Made by a program: the position numbers and the translations under genes. A stretch of DNA of 64,000 nucleotides from an uncultured Acidobacteriota bacterium (GTDB lineage: Bacteria > Acidobacteriota > Terriglobia > Acidiferrales > UBA7541), in contig CAWDPI010000011.1 in assembly GCA_963804145.1 (NCBI GenBank), positions 30,563 to 94,562 of the forward strand, read 5' to 3'. Under the pieces are notes generated by a model. That model ran no database searches. It was given only the letters and a program-made list of their open reading frames with translations, and had not been told where the DNA came from. Positions 61,125 to 64,000 of the stretch are shown here, in pieces. Each line of letters starts with the position of its first letter. Position 1 is the first letter of the stretch.

Positions 61125-61355
61125 ATGCCTACCGTGACCATTCACCAAGCTAAGACGAATCTTTCCAAATTGATCGAGCGAGCGTCCCAGGGCGAAGAGA
61201 TCATTATCGCCCGCGGCTCAAAGCCCGTGGCGAAGCTCGTCCCCCTGGGTGCGGTAAAGGGGAAACGCCAGCCCGGCTCGTTAAAGGGCAAATTGGTAAT
61301 CGGTCCCGAATTTTTTGAACCTCTTTCTGACGCCGAACTTGCGGAATGGGAATAG
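61125..61355 (+). CDS. Phd/YefM-family type II antitoxin
   Basis: 76-aa ORF. MPTVTIHQAKTNLSKLIERASQGEEIIIARGSKPVAKLVPL is the typical family N-terminus. Confidence 0.9.
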   Translation: MPTVTIHQAKTNLSKLIERASQGEEIIIARGSKPVAKLVPLGAVKGKRQPGSLKGKLVIGPEFFEPLSDAELAEWE

Positions 61356-61361
61356 CCCGGT

Positions 61362-61748
61362 TTGCGCGCGCTCTTAGATACACACGCTCTGATCTGGTGG
61401 TTTTCGGATAACCCTTCACTGCCCCAAACTGTTCGAGAGTTTATCGCAGAAACAGAGAATACTCTGCTGGTGAGCGCCGCCTCGGCTTGGGAACTCGCGA
61501 TCAAGTATCAGTCGGGAAAACTCAGCAAAGCCGCCGACCTCGTGTCCAACTTCTCAGGCCGGATGGAGCGCGAGGGATTTCAATTGCTCCCCATTTCCGC
61601 GGAGCATGGCATTCGAGCAGGGCTTCTGCCAGGTCTTCATAAAGACCCATTTGACCGCATGCTGATTGCTCAAGCTCAGGCGGAAGACATTCCGATCATC
61701 AGTAACGAACCGATATTTGACACTTACGGCGTCAGAAGATTGTGGTAG
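61362..61748 (+). CDS. vapC: VapC-family PIN-domain toxin
   Basis: 128-aa ORF starting 6 nt after the antitoxin stop, with a TTG start. PIN acidic residues sit in LLDTHALIWW, ...SAASAWELAIK... and DPFDRMLIAQA. Confidence 0.9.
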   Translation: MRALLDTHALIWWFSDNPSLPQTVREFIAETENTLLVSAASAWELAIKYQSGKLSKAADLVSNFSGRMEREGFQLLPISAEHGIRAGLLPGLHKDPFDRMLIAQAQAEDIPIISNEPIFDTYGVRRLW

Positions 61749-61850
61749 CAGGGACTGCAGTGTGCGGATTTTTGTTGAGTGCTCCCGGGCCTTTCCTCAA
61801 GTGATCAGACCGTCCGGCAAGAATTTGAGGCCTGGGAGCTTGCACGGAAT

Positions 61851-61896
61851 CCCACAGACTGCCCTTCGTTCCTCAGGTTGAAAAGTCTGCGCTACC
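61851..61896. repeat. Single family D repeat unit
   Basis: cccacagactgcccttcgttcctcaggttgaaaagtctgcgctacc, similar to the units at 45445-45585. Confidence 0.55.
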
Positions 61897-61904
61897 AAAT
61901 CATT

Positions 61905-62735
61905 TCAAAGATCGCGTTCGCTAAAATGGTAGACGGCGATGGCCAGCGCGATGAGCAGATACACGCTTGCATACACGATCATCGAAATGCTGGGGATGGA
62001 AATATCCGCGAAGGGGGAGAATTGCAGGGAACCGGCGAGCGGCGATTCCATCTCAAAGGCGGCACGGCGCCAGACGGCTTCGCTCGGCATGATCAGGCTC
62101 GAGATGATGCCGACCATCGCCAGACGCGATCCCTCGGTAAAGCCGCTCATTTGTTCGAGCCAGCCGCCGAGAAACGCGACGCCGAGCAGGCCAAGCGTGA
62201 TGACGCCGCTGGTGAGCGTCGAAAACCAGGTGCCGAACATGAACGTGACCGACAGGGCGACGATGCATTCCAGAAAAACCAGCAGCGAGCCGCGGACCGG
62301 ATGTTGCGCCATCACTCCTCCGATGAAATATCCCTCGGCAATCGTGCCCCAGAACATGATCGCGACATAGGCGCCGGACATCGCCACGAAGCCCAGCCAT
62401 TTGCCGATCAAAATTTGCCAGCGGGCGAGCGGTTTGGTGGCGATGGCGTGAATCGTTCCGGAGGTGATTTCGCCCGAAATCGTATCCACTGACGTGAGCG
62501 TGGTCATGACCACCGCGAGCAGATCCACGGTGTACAGGCCGATCATGAGCATGGCGCTGATGACCTGGTAGCGCAAGAAGGGCGGCACGGCGGAGTTGCG
62601 AAAATCGCCGACCTGAAAACGCAATCCGATGCCGAACACCAGAAGGAACGCGGCGCCGGCGAGGAGCGCGGTCCACAAAATTTTCTTGCGCGCCGCTTCG
62701 CGAAACGTGATGCCCGCCATGATCCACACGCCCAT
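61905..62735 (-). CDS. ABC-2 type transporter permease
   Basis: ATG at 62733-62735 overlaps the ATPase stop (TGATG). MGVWIMAGITFREAARKKILWTALLAGAAFLL... is followed by about 6 TM helices. The ORF-track extension to 62939 is unlikely. Confidence 0.85.
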   Translation of the reverse strand: MGVWIMAGITFREAARKKILWTALLAGAAFLLVFGIGLRFQVGDFRNSAVPPFLRYQVISAMLMIGLYTVDLLAVVMTTLTSVDTISGEITSGTIHAIATKPLARWQILIGKWLGFVAMSGAYVAIMFWGTIAEGYFIGGVMAQHPVRGSLLVFLECIVALSVTFMFGTWFSTLTSGVITLGLLGVAFLGGWLEQMSGFTEGSRLAMVGIISSLIMPSEAVWRRAAFEMESPLAGSLQFSPFADISIPSISMIVYASVYLLIALAIAVYHFSERDL

Positions 62736-63667
62736 CAAAATCCCCGATCCTCGCCCATGATGTTCATGAAGAGTTCTTCGAGCGACATGCGCTGCGGCGT
62801 GAACTGAAAAACCTCCGCGCCCGACGCGACGATAAAGCGCAGGATATCGGGGAGACGCTCGCGCGACGGCGTCGTCAGCGTGAGCCGCTCCTCGTCGAGT
62901 TGCACGAAGTCGGCCCAGCGAGAAAGGCCCGAGACGCATTCCGGAGAAATTTTTCGCGCACGCACCTCGACGCGCACGGCTTCTTCCTGTTGCGCGCGCA
63001 TGTCGCGGCTGGTCACCACTTCGCCTTCGCGGATGAAGACGACCTGGTCGCAGGTGATTTCGATCTCGCTGAGCAGATGCGAATTCAGAAATACGGTGGC
63101 TCCGCGGTCGCGCTGGGCGCGAATGATATCGCGCACCATGCGGCGACCGAGGGGATCGAGTCCTGACGTCGGCTCGTCGAGAAAAATCACCTCGGGCTCG
63201 TGGATGAGCGCCTGCGCGAGTCCGATGCGCTGAAGCATGCCTTTCGAGAAATTCTGCAATCGCTTGTCAATGTGGGGCGTGAGTCCCACCAGATCGATGA
63301 GAATGGGAACGCGATCCGCAAGCTTGCTCGCGGGAACGCCGCAGAGGCGGCCGTGCAGGTGCAGAAGTTCGGCGGGCGTCAGCCATTCGTAAAAGCGGAA
63401 ATTTTCCGGCAGGAACCCGATTTTCCGGCGGACGGCCACGTCGCCCGCCGGCGCGCCCAGCACAAATGCCTCGCCGCTGGTGGGCTTGGCGAGGCCCAGC
63501 AGCATCTTGATCGAAGTGCTTTTGCCCGCGCCGTTCGGGCCGAGGAAGCCAAATATCTCGCCCCGGCGCACGGTCAAGGTCAGGTCGCGCACCGCGACTT
63601 TGCCCCCGAAAACCTTGCGCAAATTTTGTGTCTGGACCGCGAAGCTATCCAGCTGGGGCAGAGTCAG
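62735..63667 (-). CDS. ABC transporter ATP-binding protein
   Basis: Walker A (GPNGAGKST), signature (FSKGMLQRIGLA) and Walker B (VIFLDEPTSGLD) are present. The start is uncertain: in-frame CTG codons lie at 63667, 63661 and 63652 after an aggag SD. The track start at 63763 lies inside the MITE-like repeat. Confidence 0.9.
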   Translation of the reverse strand: MTLPQLDSFAVQTQNLRKVFGGKVAVRDLTLTVRRGEIFGFLGPNGAGKSTSIKMLLGLAKPTSGEAFVLGAPAGDVAVRRKIGFLPENFRFYEWLTPAELLHLHGRLCGVPASKLADRVPILIDLVGLTPHIDKRLQNFSKGMLQRIGLAQALIHEPEVIFLDEPTSGLDPLGRRMVRDIIRAQRDRGATVFLNSHLLSEIEITCDQVVFIREGEVVTSRDMRAQQEEAVRVEVRARKISPECVSGLSRWADFVQLDEERLTLTTPSRERLPDILRFIVASGAEVFQFTPQRMSLEELFMNIMGEDRGF

Positions 63668-63680
63668 CTCCTGGTTACTT

Positions 63681-63806
63681 CCGTCGGGTGCCCCATCCTT
63701 GCGGTTTTTGCAAGGGTGGGGTTTTTTGTACAATCCACCTCTACGCTCTCGGTTGACCTTCAATCAAAACCCCCACCCTTTGAAACCCGCAAAGGGTGGG
63801 GCACCC
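63681..63806. repeat. MITE-like double-hairpin element, copy 4 (family A)
   Basis: ccgtcgggtgccccatccttgcggtttttgcaagggtgggg ... cccaccctttgaaacccgcaaagggtggggcaccc. Confidence 0.8.
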
Positions 63807-63834
63807 ACACTACCTTAAAGCGCACGCCGCCGGT

Positions 63835-64000
63835 TCATTTCAGCGAATCGGCCAAACCGACGGCCTGGCTGGAATCTCCGAATCCGGTGAGCGAATAAAC
63901 GATTCCATTTTTTGTCCAGATGAGGGCGTAACCGGGGCCGCGTCTCCCGGCCATGCTGAGCAGCGTGCCGTTCTCGCCGTTCACCTTCACCACTTCATAC
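63835..64000 (-). CDS. C-terminal end of a hypothetical protein; N-terminus lies outside the window
   Basis: The minus-strand frame is open from the window edge to TGA (63835-63837): ...YEVVKVNGENGTLLSMAGRRGPGYALIWTKNGIVYSLTGFGDSSQAVGLADSLK*. It resembles the C-termini of DUF4367-type proteins from memory only. Confidence 0.45.
   Translation of the reverse strand, partial: YEVVKVNGENGTLLSMAGRRGPGYALIWTKNGIVYSLTGFGDSSQAVGLADSLK

Noticed and set aside
29701-63806. CRISPR array formed by the recurring hairpin repeats
   Set aside because: The repeats are dispersed kilobases apart, occur in both orientations, belong to several unrelated families and lack regular repeat-spacer periodicity. No cas genes are present.

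Overview
High-GC (about 60% by eye) bacterial chromosomal segment, densely coding on both strands. The protein families (PEGA-OmpA, DUF4142, CarboxypepD_reg/TPR, CarboxypepD_reg-heme-beta-propeller) and the abundant palindromic repeats (spurious translations such as GWGTR or VILSEAKNL) suggest a soil Acidobacteriota-type genome. That assignment is inference and was not verified. I annotate about 56 protein genes plus tmRNA (ssrA) and tRNA-Ala(GGC). Content is mostly core or housekeeping: a PadR-linked RND efflux cluster, uvrB, rnc-lepB, peroxiredoxin, cyclophilin, ECF sigma/anti-sigma/TonB, AsmA, Slt, an ABC-2 exporter, a Phd/VapC pair and a solo HigA. I found no CRISPR array, prophage, integrase or recognisable defence island, and no convincing new multi-gene system. 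The most unusual signals are these. (1) An uninterrupted 54-nt poly(A) run lies 14 codons into an OafA-like acyltransferase gene and leaves it out of frame. (2) At least 22 single-base indels break otherwise well-conserved genes: about 18 insertions and 4 deletions in homopolymers, clustered at 14.9-16.0 kb and 26.4-27.4 kb. This looks technical rather than biological but needs read-level checking. (3) Four copies of a ~125-bp MITE-like element and at least four other hairpin repeat families are present. (4) Two AT-richer islets (28.8-29.8 kb with an IS1-like remnant, 43.0-44.4 kb with small membrane ORFs) interrupt the core genes. (5) Two paralogous heme-motif/beta-propeller proteins of unknown function are present. 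Gene starts in this GC-rich sequence are often uncertain, and the ORF track uses alternative start codons.
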